DNA from: Leidyana gryllorum EB-2025a
Lineage: Eukaryota > Protista > Apicomplexa
DNA: 64,000 nucleotides
Reading direction: 5' to 3'
NCBI GenBank assembly: GCA_048772705.1
Contig: JBLWGC010000104.1
Coordinates: 186,001-250,000, forward strand
Below, in pieces: positions 62,883 through 64,000 of this stretch; position 1 is the stretch's first letter, and the number at the start of each line of letters is the position of its first letter. The notes beneath the pieces were generated by a model that saw nothing but the letters and a program-made list of their open reading frames with translations, was not told where the DNA came from and searched no databases. The translations under genes were made by a program, and so were the position numbers.

Positions 62883-64000
62883 CTGGAGAAACTCCTTGTC
62901 TATTACTCATCTCGCGACCACACAATGCCCCAAATATTCATATAAAAATTAAAAGAATCTTGAGCGATCGGAATGTCGTCAGATGGGAACATAGCTTCAT
63001 GTAATCATCTCAAGCCTCATCTAGCACCTGTTACAAGGCCCCACATGGCCAGTATTTAGGGTCAAGCGTAATGTCAACACGAAGCAACGCAATTTACTGA
63101 CTCTTCAACCCTGAATTGGGGCGGGCGACAAACTTGCACACGTGATTACATCATTAAATGGATCGAGCCTGACCCACATACACAAGCTGGCGATGCTCTT
63201 CTGCACAGCCTACAGCCCAGGCGATAGAAATCTTTTACCACTGCCCTTCCGGTTGTGCTTGTATGTGTGTACGCTCGCACACGCACTGAAAAACGGATTA
63301 TTTGGATTGGCAGGGAAGCCAATAGCCACATCGATGAGTCTTCAGACTAACGCTCATCCATATGTAGCAGGGGTAGCCAGACGGTGCATCGTGTAGCGGC
63401 CGAGTAAAGAGCCCTATATCTGCCGTAGTTTGGGAAGGTGGCGAGTTTTTGCCCCTTCGGTGACTAATATCCCATCGTGCATACGTGAAGGAGTCCACCC
63501 CTTACACTCCATCTGCATTTGACCACTCTATTTGCTCAAGATACGATCAGCAGCACCTTCGATCCTCCACCGTTGTGCATTCTGAGTACGGCACTCGATA
63601 TATATTCGCGCATTGGCACACCGCTGGACCGGCTTTCAGCGTTTGCAGCCCCCACTCAGACACACATAGTTGAGAGTCTGGTCTTTGACCACACTTCGTA
63701 AACAGCTCGCCGCGGACAGGTAGCACTTGTGCCTCCCAATGAGCTCCACGCACTACTCATTCGAACAGATGGTGTCCTCGAGTAATACCTTGAAAGGAAG
63801 CAAGGTATGATCGCTTCAGGTGCCGCTCTGTGCAGCTATCGAACGCTTTCTGGACCGAAGCATCGCAGAGTTGTTCCGGCTGCCACGCGCCTACTTCGGG
63901 TTGTACTGAACTAGCAGGTGATCGTAGCTGGCAGCACCGGTGACACCGATGAGGCCGCGGACCAGCTCCTTCGACCTCCATGTCTGCGCCCTCAATGGCA

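Noticed and set aside
63140-64000. Possible upstream exons or stop-codon readthrough frame
   Set aside because: Could not assemble a consistent spliced frame; stops occur in all frames and there is no evidence for an altered genetic code elsewhere

Overview
Eukaryotic, intron-containing and extremely gene-dense window, roughly 50% GC, with GT-AG introns mostly 30-60 nt. The gene content points to an apicomplexan, most plausibly a gregarine (inference, species not identifiable): CDPK3-type kinase, fused two-half phosphofructokinase, Plasmodium-like HP1, MAM+Cu-amine oxidase, Apple/PAN mucin, C-type-lectin mucin and pepN-type M1 aminopeptidase. About 36 protein-coding genes can be reconstructed by joining ORF-track fragments across short introns. 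Notable observations: (1) many genes have 1-45 bp spacers or overlap, including a TAG-A-ATG junction and an ATGA overlap; (2) a CACACGTGTG-type palindrome recurs in introns and just upstream of start codons; (3) candidate snoRNAs: an H/ACA-like RNA in a convergent gap and C/D-like elements in two oversized introns; (4) a secreted trehalase and a secreted multi-domain amine oxidase both carry RRL (TEXEL-like) motifs after the signal peptide; (5) a tandem pair of unknown paralogous small proteins next to a three-copy nucleoside transporter array; (6) a kinase fused to an unassigned helical domain. No tRNA, rRNA, CRISPR array or transposon was recognised. All exon boundaries were read by eye and are approximate.
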